Shown piece by piece: positions 29,686 through 41,785 of a stretch of DNA of 64,000 nucleotides. The stretch's first letter is position 1. The number at the start of each line of letters is the position of its first letter. Made by a program: the position numbers and the translations under genes. This DNA is from Gammaproteobacteria bacterium (GTDB taxonomy: Bacteria; Pseudomonadota; Gammaproteobacteria; Eutrophobiales; Eutrophobiaceae): contig QKIY01000033.1 in the NCBI GenBank assembly GCA_003250975.1, positions 14,086 through 78,085 on the forward strand, given 5' to 3'. The notes under the pieces were generated by a model, which did no database searches, had not been told where the DNA came from, and saw nothing but the letters and a program-made list of their open reading frames with translations.

Positions 29686-29772
29686 CGGTTAAAAAGCGCA
29701 TGAGTATACGGTATAGATTGAATTCCGTCATGGCCCTGTCTGTTATTTTCTTGCTCACGTATACTGTTGATT

Positions 29773-30596
29773 ATGACAAGAATTGCCGCCCTGCAAATGG
29801 TCTCCACCGACAATGTCGATGAAAATCTTGATGCCGCGGCCCGGCTTATCCATGATGCAGTCAAGGACAAGGCCGAATTTCTGCTCTTGCCGGAAAACTT
29901 CCCCCTCATGGGCCATGATGAATGTGACAAGCTATCCATTATAGAGCCCTATGGAAAGGGACCCATCCAGGATTTCCTCAGCCGTCAGGCCCTTGACCAT
30001 GGCATCTGGTTAATGGGCGGGACCATTCCGCTAGAAGCCCGTCGTCCGGACCGGGTCCGGGCAGCCAGCCTGTTGTACAATCCACAAGGTGAATGTATCG
30101 CACGCTATGACAAGATTCACCTGTTTGATGTCTCGGTTCACGGTGAACTGGATGAAACCTATAATGAATCCGGCACTATTGAGGCAGGAGATGAGATGGT
30201 CGTAGCCCAGGCGCCCTTCGCCAATATTGGCATGTCAGTCTGTTACGACCTCCGCTTTCCAGAATTGTATCGTAATATGCACCTGCGTGACGTCAACCTA
30301 ATCACCGTCCCCTCGGCATTCACCGCGACAACGGGGAAGGTGCATTGGGAGACACTATTACGTGCGCGCGCCGTGGAGAACCTATGTTACGTTGTAGCTT
30401 CCAACCAAGGAGGTGTCCATGTGAATGGTCGCGAGACCTGGGGTCACAGCATGATTATCAACCCCTGGGGTGATATCCTAGCCCGTGTTGGCATGGGAGA
30501 AGGCATCGCCTGCGCCGATATCAACCTGAAACAGCAACAATCTTTAAGGGAACGGTTTCCCGCACTCACTCATCGTAAGTTGCATTGCCATAAATA

Positions 30597-30597
<1 letters not shown>
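29773..30597 (+). CDS. carbon-nitrogen hydrolase (Nit1-like deaminated-glutathione amidase family)
   Basis: [12 protein letters not shown] and CYDLRFPE (E-K-C triad); coupled to tldD. Confidence 0.9.
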
Positions 30598-32039
<1,442 letters not shown>

Positions 32040-32066
32040 GTCCCCTGTATCTAGCCAGGCACGCTG

Positions 32067-33461
32067 TTAGCTGGAACTTGTCTGCCCTGCCCGCGCGGGT
32101 AATGCCCTTTCCAGCAGTCCCACCGTTACATAAGCCAGAATCGCCCCTGCCAATGCCAGCAGGTAGGGTGTGGCGACATCAGAATAATACTCCGCCACAA
32201 ACCAGATGAATGAACCGGCAATCAAGGCGGCATAGGCACTGTATTGGTCACCGAATTTGCAGAACAGTCCTATCGTCCCGACCACGAAGACACCGGCCGT
32301 GCCGAACGCCACCGCCGTCTCGATTAATTCATACACGCCACCGGCGTGAACGGCAAGATACCAGGCCAGAACTCCCAGGATGACGACCGCAGTCCGTGCG
32401 ATGCGGACCTTCTGCCGCTCGCTGACAGACCCTTTCAGCGGGACAACGATGTTATGGGATAACAACGAGGCGGCAGCCAACAGCGCGGAATCCACCGTTG
32501 ATAGGATGGCCGATACCAGGGCGCCAGCAAACAGGATATAAGGCAAGGTGGCCAGGTGCTGGCTGGCCAGTGCCGGGATGATCTGTTCCGGCTCTTCAAG
32601 TCCTGCGATCAATCCCGGACCGATCAGACCGAGAAATACGGGGAGAAAACCGAAGACCAGGTAAAGCAAGCCACCGAGGACGGATGCCGAACGCGCCGTC
32701 CCGGCTGAATTAGTGGCGAGGATGCGCGAGATCACCTCTGCCGCCAGCGTCGCACCGCAAATTGGCAAAGCCCATTGTTCCACGACCTCCCAGAAACCCA
32801 TACCCTGGGCGGACAGGAACTGCATGCGTTCGGGCGGCACTGATTCAATCAGCGTGACCAGACCATGGGCGTTAATCACGGCAAAAAACAGGACCAGCAG
32901 ACCGGCGATGAGTGCGATGCCCTGGATCAGGTCGGTGATAGCCGTTGCCCGCATGCCCCCCGCCATAGTGTAAAGAGTGATTAGCGTTGCTGCCCCCATA
33001 ATGGCCAGTTCGACGTCTATATCCGACACCACACTGATGATGTGGCCAAATGCCCTGACCTGGGCCGCAGCCCAGAAGATGGAAGACGGAACGACCAGCA
33101 GGACAAACAGCTTCTCGACACCGGAGGAATAACGCTGCCGGAAAAAATCACCGAAGGTCGTATATTGCCGGCGCCAAAGGGGAATAGCATAGACCAGGCC
33201 CAGGATGATCAGACAAAAAGCATAGCCAAAAGGGTCGCCCGTTGCCCCGGAAAAACCGTCGCTGTAGATCAGCCCCGCTGCCCCGATCACTGACTCTGCA
33301 CCATACCAAGTGGCAAATACCGTAAAGGTCCCCAGGATGGGTCCCAGGCTGCGGCCCGCAAGCAGGTAGTCCTTCTCGTCACCAGCCCTGCGGCTGGCCA
33401 GCAGGCCAATAATAAATTGCAGGAGGATATAGACGCTTATCCCTATCAGTATGGTATTCAT
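32067..33461 (-). CDS. sodium:solute symporter family protein
   Basis: YLLAGRSLG, FATWYGAES, GGMRATAITD, SAILSTVDS; about 13 TM segments. Confidence 0.9.
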   Translation of the reverse strand: MNTILIGISVYILLQFIIGLLASRRAGDEKDYLLAGRSLGPILGTFTVFATWYGAESVIGAAGLIYSDGFSGATGDPFGYAFCLIILGLVYAIPLWRRQYTTFGDFFRQRYSSGVEKLFVLLVVPSSIFWAAAQVRAFGHIISVVSDIDVELAIMGAATLITLYTMAGGMRATAITDLIQGIALIAGLLVLFFAVINAHGLVTLIESVPPERMQFLSAQGMGFWEVVEQWALPICGATLAAEVISRILATNSAGTARSASVLGGLLYLVFGFLPVFLGLIGPGLIAGLEEPEQIIPALASQHLATLPYILFAGALVSAILSTVDSALLAAASLLSHNIVVPLKGSVSERQKVRIARTAVVILGVLAWYLAVHAGGVYELIETAVAFGTAGVFVVGTIGLFCKFGDQYSAYAALIAGSFIWFVAEYYSDVATPYLLALAGAILAYVTVGLLERALPARAGQTSSS

Positions 33462-33596
33462 TACATATAATTCCGCCCTGAAAAAATCCCGCAGTTTAGT
33501 GGATCAGGGGAAATAGCGGAATATCAAAGCTGTTTAATAATCTGGAATTGGTCTAAACGGAGAACCGGGAAAATAATTTAAAACAGTCATTAAATT

Positions 33597-34748
33597 ATGG
33601 TTATTATTGATGACCAAAAATATAAGATCGCTTGGGAGCGGGGTACTCAACAAGTGGCATCATCACATTCAATAGAATCTGTACAACTTCGCGAAAATAC
33701 ACTTGTGCCGCCACAGGCAATCAGTGGCGCAATTACCGATCGTCATTACGAAAAACTTCTCACCCTGGGTGTCAGCATTGCCCTACTTTTACATGCTGCC
33801 TTCATACCCCTGTTTTTTATTCTTGAAATCCTTGTACTGGGCCTGGCCAATATCGGCAGCGCCCTGCTCTATGCCATCGCCCTGTCACTGCTGAAGCGTG
33901 AAGAATACTGGCTGGCAATCCTGATCTGCTGGGTGGAGTTGATCGGGTATACCGCGCTTGCCGTCAAGACTCTGGGCTGGCAAAGCGGTTTTCATTATTA
34001 CATGCTGTTGTTTATCCCCCTTATCTTTGCCAGCGCGACCAATCGCTTCAGTGTGGTCGCGATTAAGGCGATCCTGATATGCCTTGTCTATCTGATAATC
34101 GACGTCTGGTTCAGGACCGGAACACCGAATGTGATCCTGGATGAGGCAATGCTGTCCTATATACGTTATGGAAATATACTCATCGTATTCATGTTCCTGG
34201 GTTATGTGATCTATAGCTATATCCAGGTTGTCTATGCAGCGGAGAGTCAGCTTGTACGCTATGCCATTACCGATCCTCTGACCGGGCTCTATAACCGCCG
34301 CTACATCTATCAGCTTGGCCGCTACCAAGAAAGATTACATAAGCGGGAGGGTCATCCCTTCTCCATAATTCTCGCGGATATCGACGGATTCAAATCGATC
34401 AATGATTCTTATGGTCATGAGGCCGGCGACAGCGTATTGATCACCCTGAGTCATAAACTCTGCAATGGCCTGCGCGAACAGGACAGTGTTGCGCGCTGGG
34501 GCGGAGAGGAATACCTGATCCTGTTGCCGAATACAAGACAACCCGAAGCCGTGATGGTGGCGGGAAGGATCGGCAAACTCGTTTCCTCGGAATCACAACG
34601 TATCGGTAACAGCGACATACAACTGACCATGACCTTTGGAGTCAGCGAATTTGACCCTGATGAAGGCATAGATGACTGTATCGCCCGGGCCGACCAGGCC
34701 ATGTTGAGCGGCAAGAAGTCAGGTAAAAACAGGATCGTCAGCTCGTAA
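33597..34748 (+). CDS. membrane-bound GGDEF diguanylate cyclase
   Basis: About 6 TM segments, TDPLTGLYNRR, DIDGFKSINDSYGH, I-site REQD, RWGGEEY. Confidence 0.9.
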   Translation: MVIIDDQKYKIAWERGTQQVASSHSIESVQLRENTLVPPQAISGAITDRHYEKLLTLGVSIALLLHAAFIPLFFILEILVLGLANIGSALLYAIALSLLKREEYWLAILICWVELIGYTALAVKTLGWQSGFHYYMLLFIPLIFASATNRFSVVAIKAILICLVYLIIDVWFRTGTPNVILDEAMLSYIRYGNILIVFMFLGYVIYSYIQVVYAAESQLVRYAITDPLTGLYNRRYIYQLGRYQERLHKREGHPFSIILADIDGFKSINDSYGHEAGDSVLITLSHKLCNGLREQDSVARWGGEEYLILLPNTRQPEAVMVAGRIGKLVSSESQRIGNSDIQLTMTFGVSEFDPDEGIDDCIARADQAMLSGKKSGKNRIVSS

Positions 34749-34750
34749 TA

Positions 34751-35905
34751 TCAATCTCGCAGATAGATCCAGGTGATAACCAGACCCAAAAGGGCTGCAA
34801 GTGCAGCGCCTTCAAAACAGGCCAGTGCACCTGCCCTGTCCCAGGCATAGCCGCTAATCAGACTGCCAATTGCCATCCCTGCACCAAAGCTTGAACTGCT
34901 ATAGAGTGCCTGGCCACGTCCCTGTAAACGGCCACGAAAATACCTGTGTACATACTGTATCGCAACCGCATGGTACATGCCGAAACTGGCGGCATGTAAA
35001 GTCTGGGCAATGATCATGACCACAACGTAATCCACAAACAGGCCCGTTAACAGCCAGCGCACGGCAGCCAGTATTAGACTCAGTAACAACAGGGTCCTGA
35101 GACTGAAACGGGACATCAATTTATGCATGAACATAAACAGGATAACCTCGGCAATCACTCCCAGTGCCCACATCTGTCCGATAAAGGTGCTGGTGTAGCC
35201 GTTATCCTCCAAATAAATGGAATAAAACGTATAGTAGGTCCCGTGACTGGCCAGCATCAGGAAACAGACCATGAACAGTGCGATGACTTTTGGCCTGAAA
35301 AGGATCACTGAGATGCTCTCATGCACCTCTTCATGCTGAGCGATCTTCTTCTCGGGTATTGTCAGACTCATCATCCAGACGATGACAATGGAGAAGAGTA
35401 CAATGTGGGGGACATAAGCAATAGCTATGGTCTCAAACAGGATGCCCAGTAACCAGACGGCGATGATAAAGCCGATGGATCCCCAGACCCTTATCCCGGT
35501 ATAGGCATGGGTCGATTCGCCTAGATGTGCCAGTGTGGCTGCCTCGATCTGTGGTAACGAGGCACTCCAGAACAACGAAAAGACAAGCAAGACGATAAAC
35601 AGGCCCCAGAAACTGTCGACAAACAGGATTGCCGCGAAACTGATGGCAGAAAACAGTGATGCAAGCTGGATTACATGCATGCGCCTTCCGGTATGGTCTA
35701 CCAGCCAGCCCCAGAAAAAGCTGATAAAGACCTTCGAAAAGACCATAAGGGAAGACAATATCCCGATCTGCTTCGCATCCATGCCAATAGATTTGAGATA
35801 CAGCGACCAGTAAGGCAGCAGGATGCCCACAGTAACAAAGAAGAGAAAATAAAAACCGGACAAACGCCAGTAGGGGACGCCTTGCGGGCGACTAGTTACA
35901 TTCAT
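34751..35905 (-). CDS. MFS transporter (HcaT/LacY-like)
   Basis: YWRLSGFY, IRVWGSIGF, AEVILF, QTLHAASFG; about 12 TM segments. Confidence 0.88.
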   Translation of the reverse strand: MNVTSRPQGVPYWRLSGFYFLFFVTVGILLPYWSLYLKSIGMDAKQIGILSSLMVFSKVFISFFWGWLVDHTGRRMHVIQLASLFSAISFAAILFVDSFWGLFIVLLVFSLFWSASLPQIEAATLAHLGESTHAYTGIRVWGSIGFIIAVWLLGILFETIAIAYVPHIVLFSIVIVWMMSLTIPEKKIAQHEEVHESISVILFRPKVIALFMVCFLMLASHGTYYTFYSIYLEDNGYTSTFIGQMWALGVIAEVILFMFMHKLMSRFSLRTLLLLSLILAAVRWLLTGLFVDYVVVMIIAQTLHAASFGMYHAVAIQYVHRYFRGRLQGRGQALYSSSSFGAGMAIGSLISGYAWDRAGALACFEGAALAALLGLVITWIYLRD

Positions 35906-35979
35906 TCTTTACCGGGTACTTAAAACAGGTCAGGTGATTCGCTGTAATGTCTGGTTCTGTACGCGCTTTCCTGGCAATC

Positions 35980-37089
35980 TCAGGTGCCTGGCTTAACGGA
36001 CGCCGGCACTACCGGTGTTTCCGACCTCACATCGGCATTCTGACCCCGATGCCGCAGGAAATGATCCATCAGGACCAGCGCCAGCATGGCCTCGGCAATG
36101 GGAGTGGCGCGGATCCCGACACAGGGATCATGGCGGCCAGTTGTAACGACTTCTTCCGGCTCGCCCTTCAGATTGATCGTCTTGCCTGGCAGACGGATAC
36201 TGGACGTTGGTTTAAGCGCCAGGCTTACCAGAATATCCTGGCCGGATGAAATGCCGCCGAGAATACCGCCAGCCTGGTTCCCCAGAAAACCGTCCTGCGT
36301 TATCTCATCACGATGGACAGTCCCCTTTTGTTCAACCGAGCTGAAACCTGCACCGATCTCGACACCCTTCACGGCATTGATACTCATCATGGCCTTGGCA
36401 ATATCCGCATCCAGCCTGTCGAATACCGGTTCACCAAGGCCCGGCGGAACATTTTCTGCAATCACGTTGATACGGGCGCCGACGGAATCGCCCTCCTTGC
36501 GCAAGGCGTCCATGTAGGATTCAAGCTCGGCCACGCGCGAGGCATCGCCACAGAAAAACAGATTGTTTTCCACTTCATCCCAGTTCTTCATTTCAATCAC
36601 ATGCGGACCCAGCTGGGCCAGGTAACCCCGGATGATGATACCGCACCTTTCAAGCAGGTATTTTTTCGCTATGCCACCGGCCGCGACGCGCATGCAGGTC
36701 TCGCGGGCGGACGCCCTGCCACCGCCACGGTAATCACGGATTCCGTACTTCTGCTGGTATGTATAATCCGCATGGCCAGGCCGGAACATATCCTTAATCT
36801 TGAAATAGTCCTTGGACTTCTGGTCCTCGTTTTCAATAAGAAGTCCGATTGGTGTGCCAGTTGTGATCCCTTCGAACACGCCAGAGAGGATACGTACCGT
36901 GTCGGATTCCTTGCGTTGGGTAACGTGACGCGATTTTCCCGGGCGGCGCCGATCCAGATCATGTTGCAAATCGGCTTCCGTCAGGGCAAGTCCTGGGGGA
37001 CAGCCATCGACAATACAAGCATAAGCCGACCCGTGGCTTTCGCCACAGGTTGTGACTGAAAATAATTTTCCAAAAGTATTACCGGACAT
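35980..37089 (-). CDS. aroC: chorismate synthase
   Basis: [28 protein letters not shown]. Confidence 0.98.
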   Translation of the reverse strand: MSGNTFGKLFSVTTCGESHGSAYACIVDGCPPGLALTEADLQHDLDRRRPGKSRHVTQRKESDTVRILSGVFEGITTGTPIGLLIENEDQKSKDYFKIKDMFRPGHADYTYQQKYGIRDYRGGGRASARETCMRVAAGGIAKKYLLERCGIIIRGYLAQLGPHVIEMKNWDEVENNLFFCGDASRVAELESYMDALRKEGDSVGARINVIAENVPPGLGEPVFDRLDADIAKAMMSINAVKGVEIGAGFSSVEQKGTVHRDEITQDGFLGNQAGGILGGISSGQDILVSLALKPTSSIRLPGKTINLKGEPEEVVTTGRHDPCVGIRATPIAEAMLALVLMDHFLRHRGQNADVRSETPVVPASVKPGT

Positions 37090-37153
37090 GGTCGACTATT
37101 GTAACGATAAATCAGGCACACGTCGCCGTCTGCTATTCTGACTCTGATCGCAG

Positions 37154-38305
37154 TTAATGATTTGTCTTTCCCGGCCTGATGATATATCTGCCCATCATTC
37201 CTGCCTTGATGTGATCATCCACATGACAATGAAACATCCACTCCCCTGGATTATCCGCGATCATGGTAACGGTCTTCATACTGGCGGGCATAAGTTCTAT
37301 CACATCCGTCCTTTGACCTGACGACAGGACTGTATTGCCATGCCAATGGGCTGAATGCAGATCAACCTCGGTCCCCAGGGCAACCACATACCAGCGGACC
37401 TTTTCGCCCTGGTTGATAACCAGGCCGGGAAGATTATCGTAAACATAACCATTCATACTGTGCATCAGATTACTTTCGATAAAGTCTTCATCATCCATTT
37501 CCGCTTCCGGTGCGAAGGCCGCCATGTTTTCCCGCAGGTAAAGGCTGGCGTTCTCATCAAAAATCTTGAACAGCGTGACGAACTCCCGGTCAACATCCTT
37601 GGGCCGGCCATCGGGCCAAGCCCTGTCTTTCCTCGAGATAATCAGGGTTCCGATGAGTCCGGCATTGGTATCGGCAGGCTCATCGGTATGAGAATGATAT
37701 AACCAGACGATGGAATCCGGATCATCCGGTCCCGGCCCGGCACTTTCCGGTACGTCCCAGGTATAGGTATATGTCTCTCCTGGCCTGACTCCGTCATCCA
37801 GCTTGTCCTTGCCGCTGGTGCCGTCGTTGTAAGGGGAGCCCTCTGATGCCTTGTCGTAAGAGAGACCGTGAGGATGCATGGTCAGTGTTTTGTCCACAGT
37901 ATTATTTTTAAAAATAACCTTAATCGTGTCACCCACGCTCGCACGGATCACTGGGCCCAGTATACCCAGGTGTTCCCATTCCTGTGGCCTGGTCTTGTAA
38001 CTGGAAAAACTCGCATCGGTATATTCCCGGTAGAGGGCCTTTTTGTATCGGTGACCGATACGGTCCCTGCCATTACCGCCAACAAAGATACGTTCGCTGT
38101 TGTTGAAGGGCCTGCCCATCATCGGGTTATCGGGATAGGAAGGTGCGAAATCCCAGAGGGTATCTTCAGCAGCAATATAATAATGACGTACCGTCCCCTG
38201 GGCGGCACTACTCACGCATGTCCACGACAGGGCTACCAGGAAAATGCAGATGCCAGCCAAAAAGGCGCTTGGCCTGTTAAATGGTTTGCTTGAGCGTAAA
38301 ATCAT
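37154..38305 (-). CDS. secreted two-domain multicopper oxidase, ceruloplasmin/hephaestin A-domain-like
   Basis: Signal peptide; HPHG, WLYHSH, HSAHWHG, HCHVDDHIKAGM; RHYYIAAE...WDFAP and YKKALYREYTD. Confidence 0.88.
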   Translation of the reverse strand: MILRSSKPFNRPSAFLAGICIFLVALSWTCVSSAAQGTVRHYYIAAEDTLWDFAPSYPDNPMMGRPFNNSERIFVGGNGRDRIGHRYKKALYREYTDASFSSYKTRPQEWEHLGILGPVIRASVGDTIKVIFKNNTVDKTLTMHPHGLSYDKASEGSPYNDGTSGKDKLDDGVRPGETYTYTWDVPESAGPGPDDPDSIVWLYHSHTDEPADTNAGLIGTLIISRKDRAWPDGRPKDVDREFVTLFKIFDENASLYLRENMAAFAPEAEMDDEDFIESNLMHSMNGYVYDNLPGLVINQGEKVRWYVVALGTEVDLHSAHWHGNTVLSSGQRTDVIELMPASMKTVTMIADNPGEWMFHCHVDDHIKAGMMGRYIIRPGKTNH

Positions 38306-38450
38306 ACCCGTATATTTTTTAGTGGTGGTTAAGTTACTGAAACAGTTGACGTAGTGTAACGATTAAAACAGCCTTTGTCCGGGGCACTTTTTAGGACTGA
38401 AAACGTCTAAAATTAATTGAGAACCGCTGAAACAGAACCTTATTAAAAAA

Positions 38451-38981
38451 ATGAGACTGTCAGGAAAACAGATCATTCCCCTCCTTTTGCTGCTGTTTCT
38501 CGCCATGCCGTTACAGGCACGTGCCCCTGAGACAGAACTTGTCAGGATCGACGGGATTAAACAGCCCATGAGCGATTATATCGGACAGGGTCAATGGGTG
38601 ATTGTGAATGTCTGGAGCCCCTCATGCAGTTTCTGTGTCCAGGAACTTCCCCACGTCAAAACATTCCGCAAACAAAACCCGGATATCCCGGTAATCGGTG
38701 TCACGGTAGATTATCCCAGCTTCGAATACGGCAAGCTTAACGTAATAGAAAATTTCCTGAGACGCTATCCGCTGGATTATCCATTATTTCTGGCTGATAT
38801 AGATTCTGCTTCTGATGTCATCGGCAACCGGTTGGTAGGTATTCCCCTGATAGCCATCTTTCATCCGAATGGTGAGGTCGTAGCCCGCTGGCCCGGCAAC
38901 ATCGATGTCAGGGAGATCGAGGAATTCATTGCCAACTATGATGACTACCTGCATGGCGATGATTTGTTTGGCGGCTTTTAG
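38451..38981 (+). CDS. exported TlpA-like thioredoxin-fold protein
   Basis: Signal peptide; NVWSPSCSFC CxxC; GIP cis-Pro loop. Confidence 0.85.
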   Translation: MRLSGKQIIPLLLLLFLAMPLQARAPETELVRIDGIKQPMSDYIGQGQWVIVNVWSPSCSFCVQELPHVKTFRKQNPDIPVIGVTVDYPSFEYGKLNVIENFLRRYPLDYPLFLADIDSASDVIGNRLVGIPLIAIFHPNGEVVARWPGNIDVREIEEFIANYDDYLHGDDLFGGF

Positions 38982-38989
38982 GCAAGCCG

Positions 38990-39544
38990 TTACTTGTTTT
39001 TTTCCAACTCGTAGATATTGATAAATCCGTTCCGGTTGGGCATTTCAATTTTTGCCAAGTTACCCGCATCTATCACCTTGGTCTCTTCAATAATCCCGTT
39101 AAGGAACAAGAGGTAGGCCGTTACGGCATAGACTTCATTATTACTGAGTGTCCCCGGTGCCGTCATGGGCATGGAGCGACGGATCATGTCAAATAAGGTG
39201 GTAGCATACGGCCAGTAGCTGCCGATAGTCTTTTCCGGGTATTCACTAGCCAACCCCATCTTGGCACCGGCAAGCTGGTCTGCGCTGTCTCCCAGGCCCT
39301 GCGGACCATGGCAGGACACACAGGATTTTTCGTAAATAGCTTGTCCCTCTGTGGCTGTCCCCTTCCCCGGCGGCAGACCTTCACCATCTGGCATAATCCC
39401 GATATCCCACTGCGTGATCTCCGCCTCACCCGCCGGTTTTCCCAGTCCAGGACCGGCCGGTGTATCAGTTAAGGCCAGCCTAGTCCCAGCCAGTATCGAT
39501 ATCGATAGTACCAGGACTATCAGTCGTCGTTTCTTCATCATCAT
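38990..39544 (-). CDS. monoheme cytochrome c, SoxD-like subunit
   Basis: GLPPGKG, CVSCHG, IGSYWPYATTLFDMIRRSMP, MPNRNGF. Start at one of the ATGs 39538-39550. Confidence 0.88.
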   Translation of the reverse strand: MMMKKRRLIVLVLSISILAGTRLALTDTPAGPGLGKPAGEAEITQWDIGIMPDGEGLPPGKGTATEGQAIYEKSCVSCHGPQGLGDSADQLAGAKMGLASEYPEKTIGSYWPYATTLFDMIRRSMPMTAPGTLSNNEVYAVTAYLLFLNGIIEETKVIDAGNLAKIEMPNRNGFINIYELEKNK

Positions 39545-40859
39545 AAACATGGCTCACTGCACCGAGTTCATCCACCTGCCAGCTGACAATCGCATTGTAA
39601 TGAAAAAAACCATGGCGGCCGCGCTCGGTAACCAGTTGCCTGCGTTCAGGTTGGACATAACCGGTCTCATCGGTTGCACGGCTTTTCAATATGGCGCGCT
39701 TTCCGTCCCACACCCAGGGGATCCGGAACCGGGTAAAGGCCTTGCTCAGCACCGGCTCCTGTAGTTCCGCATCTGCCCAACTCTTACCGCCATCGGCGGA
39801 GACCGCGACCTGTGTGATCCGGCCACGACCGGACCAGGCGAGTCCAGTAATCTGGTAAAGGCCGGGTTGTCTCAACAGCATATTGGCCGACGGTGATGTG
39901 ATCAGGGACTTGGCCTCGATATCCAGGGTAAACATCCGGGCCTTGCCGTCCGGCAACAACTCAGTGTAACGTGAGGTCTCATTACGGGCCATGATTGGTA
40001 CCTCGGTCAGTTTCAGGCGCCGCAACCATTTAACATTCATGACGCCTTCTAGGCCCGGCAGGATCAATCGCAGCGGATACCCATTCTCGGGCCGAATCCG
40101 TTCGCCGTTCTGGTACAAGGCCAGCATGCCCTCAGCCGTGGCCTTCTCCAGCGGGATACTGATATTCATGGCAAAGGCATCAGCACCTTCTGCAATTAGC
40201 CATTTTGCCTTATTTGTGGGCACGACTTCCTCAAGCAAGACAGTAAGCGGGATCCCGGTCCATTCGCTACAGGACACCAGACCGTGAAAATAACCGGCCT
40301 CCGATCGAATGGGCGCCTTGTTCCAGCCGGCGTTGCTGTTACCCCCGCACTCGACGAAACAGATCCGTGATGTCATGGGGTAGCGTAACAGGTCATCCAC
40401 CTTGAAGAAGGAAGGGTTTTTGACCAGGCCGTGGATCAAGAGCCGGTGCTGTAGGGGGTTGATATGTGGTACGCCGTTGTGATGCCGTTCAAAATGCAGT
40501 CCATTCGGGGTAATGGTCCCTTCCAGAAGATGTAGCGGTGTCCAGGATACGCCGTTCCCCGGCACAGCACGGTTGGGTGATGGGAAACGGACGACATCGC
40601 TCTCATATTCGGAGGGACTGCCATAGGTTGAGAAACCTTCACCGGGCGTGTGCATCCAGGGCGGACTTGCAAGATCAATATCCGTTGCATCAATTGCCGC
40701 TGACTCCGACGCAGCTTTGCTCTCCTTTATCACGGGCGTAAGCATGGCCGCCGCGCCAAGGCCCAGGCCGGACTTCAGAAAGAGACGCCGGTCAAGCAGG
40801 CCATTACCAGCAACAGCATGTAGGGTAAGTTCAGTGCGTTTGTCCTGCCGATTACTCAT
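39480..40859 (-). CDS. soxC: Tat-exported sulfite-oxidase-family molybdoenzyme (SoxC-like)
   Basis: DRRLFLK Tat motif, TPNGLHFERHH, Mo-ligand ECGGN, NGYPLRL, NVKWLRR, SRATDETG. Confidence 0.85.
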   Translation of the reverse strand: MSNRQDKRTELTLHAVAGNGLLDRRLFLKSGLGLGAAAMLTPVIKESKAASESAAIDATDIDLASPPWMHTPGEGFSTYGSPSEYESDVVRFPSPNRAVPGNGVSWTPLHLLEGTITPNGLHFERHHNGVPHINPLQHRLLIHGLVKNPSFFKVDDLLRYPMTSRICFVECGGNSNAGWNKAPIRSEAGYFHGLVSCSEWTGIPLTVLLEEVVPTNKAKWLIAEGADAFAMNISIPLEKATAEGMLALYQNGERIRPENGYPLRLILPGLEGVMNVKWLRRLKLTEVPIMARNETSRYTELLPDGKARMFTLDIEAKSLITSPSANMLLRQPGLYQITGLAWSGRGRITQVAVSADGGKSWADAELQEPVLSKAFTRFRIPWVWDGKRAILKSRATDETGYVQPERRQLVTERGRHGFFHYNAIVSWQVDELGAVSHVYDDEETTTDSPGTIDIDTGWD

Positions 40860-41773
40860 TGATGAAACCAGCGTAACAACTCTTCCAGGTTAAACAGAAA
40901 AACTCCTTCACCGCCATGTTCAAAATCAAGCCAGAGGAATGGCACTTCCGGATAGGCATCTTCCAGAGCATACTGACTATTACCTACCTCGACAACCAAT
41001 GTCCCTTCTGGGTTCAGATAACGTGTCGCGGCTTTCAATATCCGGCGAACATAGTCCAGTCCATCCGGCCCGGCGTACAGGCCCCGTTCAGGTTCGAAGC
41101 GGTACTCAGCAGGAAGTTCCGCTCTATCCCGCGCATCGACATAAGGCGGGTTGGCAATAATCAGATCATAGGTCTTGCCTGTAAGGGCGCTGAACAGGTC
41201 TGATTCAATCAGTGTGATCCGATCAGCCAGCTTATAGTGCTCAATATTTCTTGCCGCAACCTTGAGCGCCTCCGGTGAGATATCAACCGCATCAACATGT
41301 ACATGGGGAAGAGCCAAGGCAGTGGCAATGGCGATACAACCGCTGCCGGTGCCGATATCAAGGACGGTCTTGATCCGCGCAGGATCACACCAGGGACGGA
41401 ATTCCTCGGTGATAAGTTCCGCTATCGGGGATCGAGGAATTAATACATCTTGGTTCACGTAAAATGGCAGGCCGGCGAACCAGGCTTCACTCAGTATATA
41501 GGCCACCGGTCTCCTGGTTGTTATCCGTTCCCGGATCCGCGACAGGAGGCTCGCCTTTTGCTCATCACTTAACGGTTTATTCAGTTGCGCTTCATCGGCA
41601 TCAAAATCGAAACCCAGTGTTCGTAAGATCAGGAAGGCGGCCTCATCCAGCGCATTGTCCGTGCCATGCCCGTACCAGAGCTCCGCTTCTTCAAACCGGT
41701 CGACTGCCCATTGGATAAATTCCCTGGGCGTGGAAAGCGTACTAATGGATGTGTTTATATCTGCAGTATCCAA
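40856..41773 (-). CDS. prmB: 50S ribosomal protein L3 glutamine methyltransferase
   Basis: YGHGTDNALDEA, LIPRSPIAELI, DIGTGSGCIA, NPPY, VEVGNS. Confidence 0.95.
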   Translation of the reverse strand: MDTADINTSISTLSTPREFIQWAVDRFEEAELWYGHGTDNALDEAAFLILRTLGFDFDADEAQLNKPLSDEQKASLLSRIRERITTRRPVAYILSEAWFAGLPFYVNQDVLIPRSPIAELITEEFRPWCDPARIKTVLDIGTGSGCIAIATALALPHVHVDAVDISPEALKVAARNIEHYKLADRITLIESDLFSALTGKTYDLIIANPPYVDARDRAELPAEYRFEPERGLYAGPDGLDYVRRILKAATRYLNPEGTLVVEVGNSQYALEDAYPEVPFLWLDFEHGGEGVFLFNLEELLRWFHQ

Positions 41774-41785
41774 AATCTGGCACTG

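Noticed and set aside
36313..37059. 248-aa plus-strand ORF
   Set aside because: Antisense shadow of aroC.
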